Part shown: piece by piece, positions 52,721-62,998 of the stretch | Numbering within the stretch: the stretch's first letter is position 1 | Layout: every line of letters starts with the position of its first letter | From: Bdellovibrionales bacterium RIFOXYD12_FULL_39_22 | GTDB lineage: Bacteria > Bdellovibrionota > Bacteriovoracia > Bacteriovoracales > Bacteriovoracaceae | NCBI GenBank assembly: GCA_001770205.1 | Contig: MEQL01000023.1 | Span: 1 to 62,998, forward strand | Length of the DNA: 62,998 bases | Direction of reading: 5' to 3' | Translations under genes and position numbers: made by a program | The notes under the pieces: generated by a model | What the model saw: only the letters and a program-made list of their open reading frames with translations | What the model was told of the DNA's origin: nothing | Databases searched by the model: none

Positions 52721-54646
52721 TTATATTGTCTGCGGTTTCTTCTGCGTGAAGAGTGAAACCACAATCAATACCAAAAATCCAAGAGGTATTGTTACAATTG
52801 CCGGCTGACTAAAAGGGACAATGGCCATGGCCGGATCTATCCCGTAAACATCCTTGTATGCCTGCGCACTCAACAATATCCAAGATAAAGAAGAGAGCAT
52901 TCCCACCAAAATGGCCGAAGATATTCCTTCCTTAGTTGTCTTACTCCAAAAAAGCAACATGACCAAGGCCGGCAAATTGGATGAAGCGGCAATGTTGAAG
53001 GCCCATCCCACTAAAAAGTTAACATTCATTTTGGCAAACAAGATACCTAAAATAATGGCCAATAGTCCCACTGCAATAGAGGCAAATTTGGCGGAACGAA
53101 CTTTTTGAAAATCATCCATATCAATCTTCAGATAGTTGCTCATGATATCATGCGCGACAGCTCCGCTGGCGGCCATAATTAATCCGCTAACCGTTCCCAA
53201 TACGGTAGTAAATGCCACCGCTGAAATAATGGAAAAAAGTAGTTCATTAAAACTTCTGGCCAATAAAGGTGCGGCCATATTTGAATCCGACACATCCATA
53301 GTCCCACTAGTCATGGCCCCTAGTCCTAAAAATAGTGTCAGAACGTAGAAAAAGCCAATGGCCGCAATCCCCACTACCGTGCTCTTGCGAGCACTAATCT
53401 GATCTTTTACGGTGTAATAACGAATTAAAATATGAGGAAGCGAGGCCGTTCCACAAAACAGGGCCAACATTAGAGAAAGAAAATCTAACTTATCAGTTAA
53501 TTTTTTGCTCCTTACTTTTTTAAAAGTTGGACTCGATCCCGGTGTCATGAAATCGCTTCCAGGAGATGGACGCTGATAATAGACTGTAGTGGCCGTACCA
53601 TCTTGCTCCATAATTTTATCGCTACCCCACAAAATGACATTAGAGCTTTGCATCGTCTGAATAAAAGATAGTGGCCCCAATGGCCCCGTCTCTTTGACTC
53701 CCCCTGGTAGCGCATATGCATAACCAACTGGACTTAAATCTCCTTGGCCTTCTCCTTTCCCATGCGGTTTTCCGTTGGCCATTTTTCGGCCATCTTTGTA
53801 AGCAACCATCGTCTGGGTTTCAAAATATTTATCACCTTCTTCCTTACGCCAAACACTCACCTCTCCACTGGTTTTATCCAATATACGAACGTAGGGTTTA
53901 TCTACCCAGCCCTCTGATGGAGGGATCAATTCTCGCTGTGCATCTCCTGGTAGTGGTATTACCTCCGCACTAGAAAGATCATGTTTAAAGATTTTAACAG
54001 GTGTACCATCAGATTTTTTTGGTTCAGTAGAAATCCCTCTATTTAAAATCATAATAGTAATAACAAAACACAAACAAACAAGTAACGAACCTTTGATGAA
54101 CTGTACCCAAGTAGTTGAGACCATTCCAGCAGTAACCACGATAGTGATAACAACCAGGCCAACAATAATTACTCCGACGTAATGGGGAAATCCTAAAAGT
54201 GGTTGCACTAATGCCCCCGCTCCAACCATTTGTGGAATTAGATAGAAAATACTAACAACCAAAGTACTGATTGCAGCAGTAAGTTTGATGCTCCGAGAAT
54301 TAAATTTGTTATCTAGCGCATCAGCAAAAGTGTAGCGTCCAAGACGCTTAAGTGGTTCCGCAATAATAAATAGTGCAACGATCCAGCCGGCCAAGTAGCC
54401 AATCGAGTACAAAAATCCATCATACCCAAAAAAAGCAATCATTCCACAAATACCAAGAAAAGATGCCGCCGAGAGATAATCTCCCGCAAAAGCAATTCCA
54501 TTTACTGCCCAGTGAATTGTTCCTCCGGCAGTAAAGTATCCCTTGGATGATTTTGCTTTGGCCCCGAGATAGAAGCTAATTCCCAAAACAACGCTGATGA
54601 AGGCCAGAAAAATTATTATTGCTACTGGTGATGATGAGTGAATCAT
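52721..54646 (-). CDS. actP: Cation/acetate symporter (SSS family)
   Basis: NGIAFAGDYLSAASFLG, YLIPQMVGAG, GTASLPHILIRYY; long extracytoplasmic insertion. Confidence 0.9.
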   Translation of the reverse strand: MIHSSSPVAIIIFLAFISVVLGISFYLGAKAKSSKGYFTAGGTIHWAVNGIAFAGDYLSAASFLGICGMIAFFGYDGFLYSIGYLAGWIVALFIIAEPLKRLGRYTFADALDNKFNSRSIKLTAAISTLVVSIFYLIPQMVGAGALVQPLLGFPHYVGVIIVGLVVITIVVTAGMVSTTWVQFIKGSLLVCLCFVITIMILNRGISTEPKKSDGTPVKIFKHDLSSAEVIPLPGDAQRELIPPSEGWVDKPYVRILDKTSGEVSVWRKEEGDKYFETQTMVAYKDGRKMANGKPHGKGEGQGDLSPVGYAYALPGGVKETGPLGPLSFIQTMQSSNVILWGSDKIMEQDGTATTVYYQRPSPGSDFMTPGSSPTFKKVRSKKLTDKLDFLSLMLALFCGTASLPHILIRYYTVKDQISARKSTVVGIAAIGFFYVLTLFLGLGAMTSGTMDVSDSNMAAPLLARSFNELLFSIISAVAFTTVLGTVSGLIMAASGAVAHDIMSNYLKIDMDDFQKVRSAKFASIAVGLLAIILGILFAKMNVNFLVGWAFNIAASSNLPALVMLLFWSKTTKEGISSAILVGMLSSLSWILLSAQAYKDVYGIDPAMAIVPFSQPAIVTIPLGFLVLIVVSLFTQKKPQTI

Positions 54647-54930
54647 GACTGTTGCCCTCCGTTACCTGTTTTTTTACAAAGCTTCATGTAAATAACCGCT
54701 AAAACTAATGCTAAGACGATAAGAAAAAAACCGTAACTAACAGAGAGATTAAGTCCAAACAAAATTTCTCCGCCCATACGTTCTGGAAAAAAAGAGCTCA
54801 AGGCCATAAAACCGGCATAGGCGGCAACATATATGACAAACAAAAATGCCCCTATACGTGAATTGTATTTCACGACCAACTCATCCTCATGCTCTTTTGG
54901 TATTTCCGATTTAAAATCAAGACTGCCCAT
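54643..54930 (-). CDS. DUF485 (YjcH-like) small membrane protein
   Basis: Two TM helices; ATGA overlap with actP, the conserved pairing. Confidence 0.85.
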   Translation of the reverse strand: MGSLDFKSEIPKEHEDELVVKYNSRIGAFLFVIYVAAYAGFMALSSFFPERMGGEILFGLNLSVSYGFFLIVLALVLAVIYMKLCKKTGNGGQQS

Positions 54931-55033
54931 GGCCCCTCCTAATTGAGACACATTTTTATTTTTATCTTGCCGATAATAAAATCAAACCTCATTATTACGG
55001 TAGAGCATATTTGTTGATAACTCAATACAATAA

Positions 55034-57544
55034 ATGAAATTTAGATTAAAAAATTTTCTCCTCAATATCGTCTCGCCGGCCATCGTCGCAATTGCTCTTT
55101 TTGAAATTTCTATTTTCGCAATCTTCATACCGGCCATGCGTACAGCACTGATTGAAAAAAAGAGAGAAACCATTCGAGAATTAACTCTTGTGGCGATAAG
55201 CGAACTAGATGAATTACACAAAAAAGAGATTGCCGGCCTAATTTCTAAAGAGGCGGCCCAAAAACTGGCACTTGAGCAAATTGGTAATATTCGTTACGGC
55301 AGCGAAAACAAAGATTATTTTTGGGCCACAGATGAAAAGCCGATTATGCTAATTCACCCCTACCGCCCCGAACTCAACGGACAAGATGTTTCTAACTATG
55401 CCGATCCGGCGGGAAAAAAACTTTTCTTAGAATTTGTTCGCGCCGTAAATAAGGATCAAAGCAACGGCCAGGCATATATCGACTATCTATGGCAGTGGAA
55501 GGATGATCCTAGTCGAGTAGTTCCCAAACTATCATATATCAAAAAATTTGCGCCTTGGGGATGGATTATCGGAACCGGCATATACGTAGAGGACGTAGAC
55601 GAAGAGATTGCGCAAATCACTCAAAAAAACATTTGGGTGACGGCCGTTATCTCGGCGTTACTGATTCTCTTAATGGCCTATATGGCCAAACAGGCCATTA
55701 ATTTGGAAAAAGATCGAGAAAAAGTGGCAATGGCACTTAAAACTTCCGAGAACAAATATCGCTTGCTGGTTGAATCCAGTATTGAGGGCATTGCACTTTG
55801 TGTCCACGAACAAATTATCTATGCCAACAAAGCTCTGCAAGATATGTTGGGTTACTCTCAAAATGAGCTGTTAAAATTATCTATCTCCGATATTATCGCC
55901 GGCCCCTCGCTCAACTTAATTGGTAAAAATGGCCACAGCGATATCCCCGATAAGATCTCCTTACGCAGTAAAACAGGTACTCCTTTGGAGGTAGTGGTTA
56001 GCTACTCCGAAATGAATTTGGAAGAAAAAAATGGTGAAATTTACACTTTCAAAAATATCGCCCACCGCAATAAGCAAACGGAATTTTTATCGCAAATGCT
56101 CAATGAACTACAGCACTCTCTTCTAATGCCCAGCTCTCCGGTAGAACAGTTTGTTCGCCCCATTGCCGAATGTGCCCTAGATACTCCGATAAAAAAGGCC
56201 ATCGAAATTATTTCCAAATCTCAGGCCCGCGCTATTTTAGTTAAAACACCTTCTGGTGAGCACATCGGAATTATTACTGATCACGATCTGCGTAATCGTG
56301 TCTACTTAAAAAATTATGACTTAAACCATCCGGCCTCCAGCATCATGACCTCTCCCATCGTGGCCATCTCCAAAGATGCGCTGCTCTTTGAGGCAACGAT
56401 GATGCTACAGTCTCGAGACATTCATCACCTAGCGGTAACCGATAAAGAAGGAAAAACTATTGGCCTAATTAGTACCGATGAAGTTTTACAAACACAAAGA
56501 CATCCGGCCTCTATCCTTCTTAAGGAAATGCAAAATTCCACAACTTCTGATTTAATCATTGGCCACTATAAATGTCTTCCCGCTCTAGTAAGTGCACTGC
56601 TTGACAATGATGCTAAAATTGAAAGTATCACTAGAATCCTCTCCTCTACTGCGGATACCATGGCCGCTAAATTTTTAGATTTTGCTGACGACCAACTGGG
56701 GCCGCCCCCGGCCAAATTTGCTTTTGTTGTTTTTGGTAGTGAAGCACGCGGGGAGCAAACCATGCGCACAGACATGGATAATGGAATTGTCTTTGAAGAT
56801 GTTGCTCCCGAAAAACTAGAAGCAACACAAAAATATTTTTTACAGATGGGAAAAAAAGTTTGCGACTGGCTACATGAGGCCGGTTACGATTACTGTCGAG
56901 GCGAAGTCATGGCCATGAATCCAAAATGGTGTCGCCCACTAGCTAGCTGGAAAAAATATTTTTTCGACACCATCTCGGCAGCTAATTCCAATGAGCTGGC
57001 AGAAATTCATGTACTCTTTGATTTTCGCGCAATTTATGGCGACACTACTTTAACGGCCAATTTGCGCCAATCACTAGACTCTATGCTAACCAACGCTCAC
57101 GCTTTCTTTTTTGTCTTGGCGCAAATCACTCTACAATATCGGCCACCATTGGGATTTTTTGGCAATCTACAAACCGAGGCAAAAGACAATAATAGTCCGG
57201 CACTAAATGTAAAGGCCGCTCTTTTACCTATAATAAATTTTGCGCGCATATACGCCCTAAAGCATGGCATCGAAGAAACTGGAACGCTAGCACGTTTGGC
57301 CACTTTGCACAAAAAAGGAGTACTGGCCGAATCCAGTCTTCTCGAACTAAATCAGGCCTTTAGTTTTTTACTCGGAATTCGCTTACAACATCAGGCCAAT
57401 CAAATTTTGTCCAAAAAAGAGGCCGACAACCTCATAGAACTTGAAGAGTTGACCCAAATAGAAAAAACAATGTTAAAAAGAATTTTATCCGACATCTTGG
57501 TCTTTCAATCTCGCGTAGATCGCGACTTCGCCCGAACAACTTAG
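55034..57544 (+). CDS. Transmembrane sCache_2-PAS-CBS-DUF294 nucleotidyltransferase-like protein
   Basis: TM, Cache motifs (RYG..DYFW..HPY, WGWIIGTGIY), TM, PAS, CBS pair (GIITDHDL, HHLAV), NTase GSEARGEQTMRTDMDN, DUF294_C. Confidence 0.88.
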   Translation: MKFRLKNFLLNIVSPAIVAIALFEISIFAIFIPAMRTALIEKKRETIRELTLVAISELDELHKKEIAGLISKEAAQKLALEQIGNIRYGSENKDYFWATDEKPIMLIHPYRPELNGQDVSNYADPAGKKLFLEFVRAVNKDQSNGQAYIDYLWQWKDDPSRVVPKLSYIKKFAPWGWIIGTGIYVEDVDEEIAQITQKNIWVTAVISALLILLMAYMAKQAINLEKDREKVAMALKTSENKYRLLVESSIEGIALCVHEQIIYANKALQDMLGYSQNELLKLSISDIIAGPSLNLIGKNGHSDIPDKISLRSKTGTPLEVVVSYSEMNLEEKNGEIYTFKNIAHRNKQTEFLSQMLNELQHSLLMPSSPVEQFVRPIAECALDTPIKKAIEIISKSQARAILVKTPSGEHIGIITDHDLRNRVYLKNYDLNHPASSIMTSPIVAISKDALLFEATMMLQSRDIHHLAVTDKEGKTIGLISTDEVLQTQRHPASILLKEMQNSTTSDLIIGHYKCLPALVSALLDNDAKIESITRILSSTADTMAAKFLDFADDQLGPPPAKFAFVVFGSEARGEQTMRTDMDNGIVFEDVAPEKLEATQKYFLQMGKKVCDWLHEAGYDYCRGEVMAMNPKWCRPLASWKKYFFDTISAANSNELAEIHVLFDFRAIYGDTTLTANLRQSLDSMLTNAHAFFFVLAQITLQYRPPLGFFGNLQTEAKDNNSPALNVKAALLPIINFARIYALKHGIEETGTLARLATLHKKGVLAESSLLELNQAFSFLLGIRLQHQANQILSKKEADNLIELEELTQIEKTMLKRILSDILVFQSRVDRDFARTT

Positions 57545-57568
57545 TTTAATATAATAGTGGGTGATATT

Positions 57569-58342
57569 ATGAGAATACTTTTAATCGGCGACATTCATGG
57601 GGATATCCATCATCTCCCTCAAAGACTGGCGCTAATGCGCTCACAATTTAGAGTTAGTGCTGCTATTTGTCTCGGTGATTTTGGATTTTTTCCAGATATC
57701 TTCGCAACTCTTTCGGAAGAATCTTTTCATTTACCGATTCCGCTCTACACCATCGATGGCAATCACGAAGACCACCACTGGCTGGCACAAATGGCCGCAT
57801 CTGGTGCGATCGAAACTTGGCGCACTTCTTACAATCTAATCTACCAACCCCGAGGCAGCGTTGCCCAAATTGGCAATAGTACCGTGGGCCTTTTGGGAGG
57901 AGCGCTAAATATTGACCGTCCTCAACAGATAGACAACTTTTCTAGTGTCTCCAATACAATTTCGGCCACACAGCGATTATCTGCATCCTCGGCCTTCAAC
58001 CACTTCCACCCCGAACTTATCGTCACTCACTCCTCTCCGGCCGGAATTGGTGTCGGAATGTGTGGAGAGCTAGCACTTAAGCAAAGTATCACCAATCATG
58101 TTGTCAGTGTAGGTTTTGATCCCGGGCCAGATAATGATTGCGGAGAAATTGAATTGGCCAACCTATGGCACTCTTTAGAACAGAAACCGGCAGTTTGGGC
58201 CTTTGGACACTTTCATAAATTTCATGAAACAAAAATAGAAGACACAACTTTTGTCTGTGTTCCTATGTTGTCAAAAAATAGTATCTGGCCAATCATAATG
58301 TGGGATAGTGATGAAAAAAGAATAATCATCATAAAACAGTAA
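57569..58342 (+). CDS. Calcineurin-like metallophosphoesterase
   Basis: GDIHG, LGDFG, DGNHE, THS, GHFH. Confidence 0.92.
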   Translation: MRILLIGDIHGDIHHLPQRLALMRSQFRVSAAICLGDFGFFPDIFATLSEESFHLPIPLYTIDGNHEDHHWLAQMAASGAIETWRTSYNLIYQPRGSVAQIGNSTVGLLGGALNIDRPQQIDNFSSVSNTISATQRLSASSAFNHFHPELIVTHSSPAGIGVGMCGELALKQSITNHVVSVGFDPGPDNDCGEIELANLWHSLEQKPAVWAFGHFHKFHETKIEDTTFVCVPMLSKNSIWPIIMWDSDEKRIIIIKQ

Positions 58343-58433
58343 AAAGTTTTAATTAATCAGTACTCCAGATCCATAGGTGCTCGGTATTAGATAAGTGATA
58401 AAATCAAGGGATATCAAGAAACCGTTAACTGCT

Positions 58434-58703
58434 CTAATAACAATCAACTAACACTCGCCGAGTCTCTTCGCCAATCCAACGACAAGAATCAGTAAGTTCA
58501 TCCCACTCTACGATCTGACACTCCTGAATTTCCATACAAATATTACGTGATGCTCGGCTATTGTCTTGAGCAACCACCTCGCAAATTGTTTGACAATCTT
58601 CGAAGGCCAGGCCGCTCACATTTTCCATATTTGCTTCCGCTAAAACCGAAAGAGAATTTAAAGAAAGTAATCCACAAACTAATCCTTTCAAACTGTTTTG
58701 CAT
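58434..58703 (-). CDS. Small secreted Cys-rich protein
   Basis: Signal peptide; 6 Cys in the mature part; AGGAGG RBS. Confidence 0.65.
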   Translation of the reverse strand: MQNSLKGLVCGLLSLNSLSVLAEANMENVSGLAFEDCQTICEVVAQDNSRASRNICMEIQECQIVEWDELTDSCRWIGEETRRVLVDCY

Positions 58704-58931
58704 AATGCCTCCTAAGTTACATATATCCCAACCTTACCGGAGATATATACATCTTTTAAGCATTTTATTAAGTGCCTATAAATTTTTCATGGCCATCTTG
58801 CAATCTCTCGCACTCTGTTAGCTGACTATAGATGAATTCGGGATTTTTAAGATTACCTATTAACTAACCAAAATAGTTCATCAATTGATATATCGCTAAA
58901 CAAGAGATACTATTGGATCAGGGAGTGTTCT

Positions 58932-59354
58932 ATGAAAAAAATTATCCTCTTCACAACGACAGTACTGCTTTTGACAAATTGTTCTACAACGACCAACAAG
59001 CAAGACAAAAGTTATGCCTCAAGACTCAATGGAAATAACGTCTCGGTACATACTGTTGTCGGTGGAATCATTCCCATTAGCACCAAACATAAAAATACTT
59101 CAATTAGTGGCCGAGCTATTACAAAAAAAGGCGATAATATTCTTCCGGTTAGATTTTGCGAAGTAGCGCTAATACAAAAAGATGTTGAAATTACTTCGGC
59201 CAAATGCGATCACGAAGGAAAATTCACATTAAATGGAAAAATAGATGATGGGCCTTATCAATTAAAAATTACCAACCAGACAAAAAATAATCAAACCAAG
59301 AATATTCGAGTGGAAGGATTCGACATCTCTCTTGGTGAACTTCTTGTGTTTTAA
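58932..59354 (+). CDS. Lipoprotein with a transthyretin/carboxypeptidase-regulatory-like beta domain
   Basis: Lipobox LTNC; ISG...V.L...D..G.F...G.Y.L pattern. Confidence 0.7.
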   Translation: MKKIILFTTTVLLLTNCSTTTNKQDKSYASRLNGNNVSVHTVVGGIIPISTKHKNTSISGRAITKKGDNILPVRFCEVALIQKDVEITSAKCDHEGKFTLNGKIDDGPYQLKITNQTKNNQTKNIRVEGFDISLGELLVF

Positions 59355-59483
59355 AGCTGCCAGGCCACCATTTTATGACAAAACGATAAAAACAGAGGTG
59401 AGGTAGTGAGAGCATCCTCTATTGAAATTCGTTTATTGAAGTTCTATGGCCAGAAATACCTGATAACGGGCCACTTGCTAAAA

Positions 59484-60387
59484 CTACTTAACTGTTTTTA
59501 CGACGCGACAGTTTATTGTTTTAAGCAAATAGGAAGAAATTATATCAACAGGTAACGAACCCATTGCCAATACATTATCACTAAAACATTTTTCAGAATA
59601 TTTATCTTTTAGCTGTTCTTTAATCTGCTCTCGTAACTTTTTAAGTTTTAAAAGGCCATAATAATATGTGGGAGCTTGGCCAGGTTGTTCAAAAGTATAT
59701 CTGCGTAATTCCAATCCGGCCATTACTGGAGAGACGCCTAGTTCTTTTGTAAAGACTTCTACTACACGTTCTTGTTTTATTTTGCCAAGTTGAAGACTCT
59801 GATAAATATAATTCTATCTCTTTTTTGAGAGAATAATATTTCTTATGATTTTTAAATTTGGCCTCTCTAAAAAGTATTCGGTTTTTATACGCTTCTAGTA
59901 GTGGTTTGTATTTTTCATGCCCATTTACATAGGCCTTAAAGCGGTCTACTGCGGCCTTTTTCCTCTCCGTTGGTGATTGATTATTAATTAATTCTTGCAA
60001 CCCACTAAAAATTGACTTGGTTGCCGAGTAAAACGGAATGTCTCCATATTTCTCGTTAATTTTTAATCCTACCAAAGCATTGTCAACTGACTTTTGCAAA
60101 ACCTGTAAATCCATTTTGTAATTTACATCAGTTACTGATTTAATTTCATTTTTTAATCGTTTTTTTCATTTAGCATAAAACACCAAATCCTTTGTTTCCA
60201 TATCATTTTCAAAATTAACTGCCATGGAATCAAACTGAGAGTAACCTAAACTTGACGCTGTTTCTGGTGAGTCTTTAGCGATATCCATCGTAAATTCTTC
60301 GGCAATTTTGTTTGACTTTAGTATCCAGTCTTGAGCATAACTATTAATAGAAATAATACAGAATAATGCGGAGGTTAATTTTTTCAT
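59484..60387 (-). pseudogene. Decayed DUF885-family gene
   Basis: Signal peptide and SPETASSLG; in-frame TGA at 60166-60168; frame change near 59790 into the DUF885 C-terminal motif ELRRYTF..PGQAPTYYYG; the middle of the protein is missing. Confidence 0.8.
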
Positions 60388-60524
60388 TACGTACCCCTTA
60401 CAGACATAATGTCTTTAAAAATTATTGATTGATTGAAAAAGTATAATTATAAATTTTGGAATAACAAGAGTAATCACAAATTATAATGAGCAGATCTCAC
60501 CGAGATAGCTTCGGTAGCTTTGGC

Positions 60525-61277
60525 CTAGCGCATAAGTTCCACCTCTCTCGGTGACAATTCGAAATGCTCTGCCCAACTAGAAATTAGATTATCAACAGGA
60601 ATTGTTAGTTTATAATACTTATTAAAAAAGGTCGTCACATTTTTTAAATCTCGCAGGAGCAATTCCATACCCAAATGATTATCTACCGCATCGATCTTAA
60701 CAGACTGGGGAAAATCTATGATAGTTATTTTCTCATTTTCATCACACAAAATGTTATATGGCGAAAGGTCTCCATGCACAATTCCAGCATTGATAAAAAT
60801 TGTCATATTATGCAGAATCGTTTTATAGATGCGTTCGGGATTTTTCAAATTACTTCTCCACTCACCCAATTTTGTCGAGACATTGTTCTCATCGCGACAG
60901 CACTCCATCATAAACGAGCGAACTCCTTCGGTAATAACTCTCGGAACATTTGCCCCAAATTTATGAAGTCGTCTTAAAGTATTAATCTCGCGCGAATGCC
61001 AGAAGTCTTCTTCCAATTCTTTTCCAAAGGAACTTTTATTCTTTATTGCCCGGGCCTCGCGTCGATGAGACTCAAACATCGTCATGGTATAATCAGTGCG
61101 ACATTTAAAACTACGTTCATCGGCCTCTTTGAAGATCTTTATGGCACGATATTCTTCACCTAATAATGCCAAGTAAACTTGCGCCTCCTTTCCGCTACTG
61201 AGAGGTCCCAAAATTGTATCTACGTGGCCTTCCTCTAAATATGTGGCCAAAATATCGTCATTTGTAATATTAACCAT
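60525..61277 (-). CDS. RIO1-family serine/threonine kinase
   Basis: LSSGKEAQVY, AIKIF, VHGDLSPYNIL, IIDFPQ, LLRDLKN; likely start ATG 61277 overlapping the GNAT stop. Confidence 0.9.
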   Translation of the reverse strand: MVNITNDDILATYLEEGHVDTILGPLSSGKEAQVYLALLGEEYRAIKIFKEADERSFKCRTDYTMTMFESHRREARAIKNKSSFGKELEEDFWHSREINTLRRLHKFGANVPRVITEGVRSFMMECCRDENNVSTKLGEWRSNLKNPERIYKTILHNMTIFINAGIVHGDLSPYNILCDENEKITIIDFPQSVKIDAVDNHLGMELLLRDLKNVTTFFNKYYKLTIPVDNLISSWAEHFELSPREVELMR

Positions 61278-62046
61278 GATTACTCCAATGTCTTCTAATT
61301 CCTGCCAGTGTGCAGCCGTTACTCTCGAAAACTTTGGCCATTGCAATATTTTCTACATGGGTTGATCCCCAATATTTTGTTGCCCCGAGCTTGGTAATCT
61401 CTTCCAGCCCTTTAGCATGTAGAATTTTTGCCCAACCCTTTTGGCGAAAAGAGGAGGTTACTCCTATATACCCCAGTGTTCCCTTTTTTGGCTCATCAGA
61501 AAAAATATCTGGAAGAATAATTCCAACTATCTGCTTATCAGTCGTAGCAACTTTCCATGCCGTTGCGTAGGGTTGACGATAGTTTTCAATAAGCTCTGCA
61601 TAGGCCTCTGAGACAGGTATTTGCAGATCTTCGGTAGGATCCTTGACTCTAATATCCTCTAAGATATTTAACAATATATCGAGATCAAGCTTGTTTAATT
61701 GTTCATACTCAAATAAATCACAATATGGCGATTTATAGTTAACAATATCTTTGAAAAAATATTTCTTTTCATAAAGAATTTTATAACCAAGTGTTGGTAA
61801 AAGCGCTTCGTATTCTTTGCTCTCTTCTTTTTTCCAGCTCATGAAATGCACTAGTACATTAGGATGTCGTTTTTTTACTTCTTCGAACAAACTTACTGCA
61901 ACTTCCTCCTTTTCTCCGTCAGAGAATATTTCCAAATTTGTACCAACAAAATGGCGTGAACTGGTTAATGTTCCGTATAATTTTCCAAGACAATTTTCAT
62001 CCCGATCTAATGCCATTAGACCGCCGGCAAATGTTTTAACTTCCAT
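61270..62046 (-). CDS. GNAT-family acetyltransferase
   Basis: YIGVTSSFRQKGWA motif A; ST..EN..M..VFESNG motif B. Confidence 0.85.
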   Translation of the reverse strand: MEVKTFAGGLMALDRDENCLGKLYGTLTSSRHFVGTNLEIFSDGEKEEVAVSLFEEVKKRHPNVLVHFMSWKKEESKEYEALLPTLGYKILYEKKYFFKDIVNYKSPYCDLFEYEQLNKLDLDILLNILEDIRVKDPTEDLQIPVSEAYAELIENYRQPYATAWKVATTDKQIVGIILPDIFSDEPKKGTLGYIGVTSSFRQKGWAKILHAKGLEEITKLGATKYWGSTHVENIAMAKVFESNGCTLAGIRRHWSNHG

Positions 62047-62357
62047 TTAAGCTCCAAGTTAATTGCAATAACAATTAACACAAACAGATTAACTGCAATT
62101 GCATTTTTAATTTAAATTTTTGCGATTTTTATCAGTAGGCAGTCTGTTACTTACTCGAAGTAGAAGAGGCCACTTTTTTTATAATAATATTTTTCATAAG
62201 GTAACCTCCCATTGTTGTTTTAATTGATGATTCATTAATTTAAAGCAAGTCCATGCTTTAGTCAATTACTCATCTCGACTAATTCTAAAAAACCTTTAGC
62301 ATTCTTAACTTATTTGTCGAGGTGACCCGTTATAAATTTTTTGCTCCACTAATTTTT

Positions 62358-62749
62358 TTAAAATAAAATTAGCAGTATATTTTTGTTTCCTATGGACTTT
62401 TTTTCAACTTCTTCATCAATAAAAGAATTTATTGCAACAATAACATTCTCCGTAATAACCGATTTTGATTTGGTGCGCGTTGGCGTCTTGCTCAACTCCT
62501 CTGAACTTAGATGAACATATCGATTAACGGTATTCCCTGAACGATGATGCTTTTGAGAAATTTTATTGATACTTAAGTTTTTAACAGAAAAGTCTTTTCT
62601 AATTTTATTAACTTGATCCATGCGAAGCATCCTTACCTCCAGGTTTTCTATTCTCTATATAGAATAACCTACGAGGGAAAACTCCGATTGTTTTGGTCAG
62701 GTTCGCAGTTTTATAGGGCCACACCTCTCATTTTTATACGGCGATTACT
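62358..62749 (-). pseudogene. IS21-family transposase (IstA) 5' remnant with a probable left end
   Basis: MLRMDQVNKIRK...SINKISQKHHRSGNTVNRYV HTH typical of IstA; truncated at 90 aa; upstream repeated TATAAAA(A/C)TG boxes resemble IS21 ends. Confidence 0.65.
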
Positions 62750-62752
62750 AAT

Positions 62753-62968
62753 GCCTCCCACACAAAAGATTATTTCCATATTGCAGGATATAATTGGGGC
62801 CCTGGAAATATCGATGAATTGCCACAGGGTAAAAAACTCATTGATGATTTTAACAAGCACTCCAATGGCAAAATGAAGCTTTTAATAGTAGGTCGAGGAT
62901 ATTTATCTGGAGAATTTATCACCTATATTAAGGGACTGTCAAAAAATAACTGCTCATTCTTAAGATAG
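62753..62968 (+). pseudogene. Possible DDE transposase fragment (IS4/IS1634-like)
   Basis: Start-less frame reads ..GYNWGPGNIDEL...KLLIVGRGYLSGEFI.., resembling the PGN...hhDRG.S motif but lacking the Asp, then stops. Confidence 0.35.
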
Positions 62969-62998
62969 ATCTTGGCCTCGTATGAATATTATGATTTA

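Noticed and set aside
60166..60168. TGA recoding (alternative genetic code or selenocysteine)
   Set aside because: TGA terminates many intact genes in this window, and the same gene also carries a deletion/frameshift, so decay is the simpler explanation.

Overview
The window has two compositionally distinct parts. (1) Positions ~74-21354 are an AT-rich ~21 kb integrative element inserted at the 3' end of a tRNA-Asp(GTC) gene (21342-21418, minus strand) and bounded by an 82-bp direct repeat. It carries two tyrosine recombinases (one enclosed by ~39-bp inverted repeats, a candidate invertible switch), HTH regulators, an SF3 helicase plus AEP primase replication module with inverted iterons, an ABC three-component/Lamassu-type defence operon, a SIR2 protein, a class III cyclase-like gene, an AAC(6')-I-like acetyltransferase and several secreted proteins. 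No capsid or conjugation genes were recognised. (2) Positions ~21.4-63 kb are host chromosome, which by gene content resembles a Bdellovibrionota/deltaproteobacteria-like diderm (inference). It holds an acyl-CoA dehydrogenase and fadBA, then a ~21 kb locus with a PEGA/TPR lipoprotein, an apparent FliF(RBM3)-FliG fusion, a MotA/MotB stator pair, three outer-membrane barrel-like proteins and three 1250-1400 aa surface lipoproteins ending in FGE-sulfatase/C-type-lectin-fold domains, with no other flagellar genes. After that come purB, pepT, ampG, actP with a DUF485 partner, a Cache-PAS-CBS-DUF294 fusion, a metallophosphoesterase, a decayed DUF885 gene, a RIO kinase, a GNAT and transposase debris. 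The best candidates for an undescribed system are the orphan rotor-stator-adhesin locus and the self-contained recombinase switch. All family calls come from motif recognition by eye; no searches were run.
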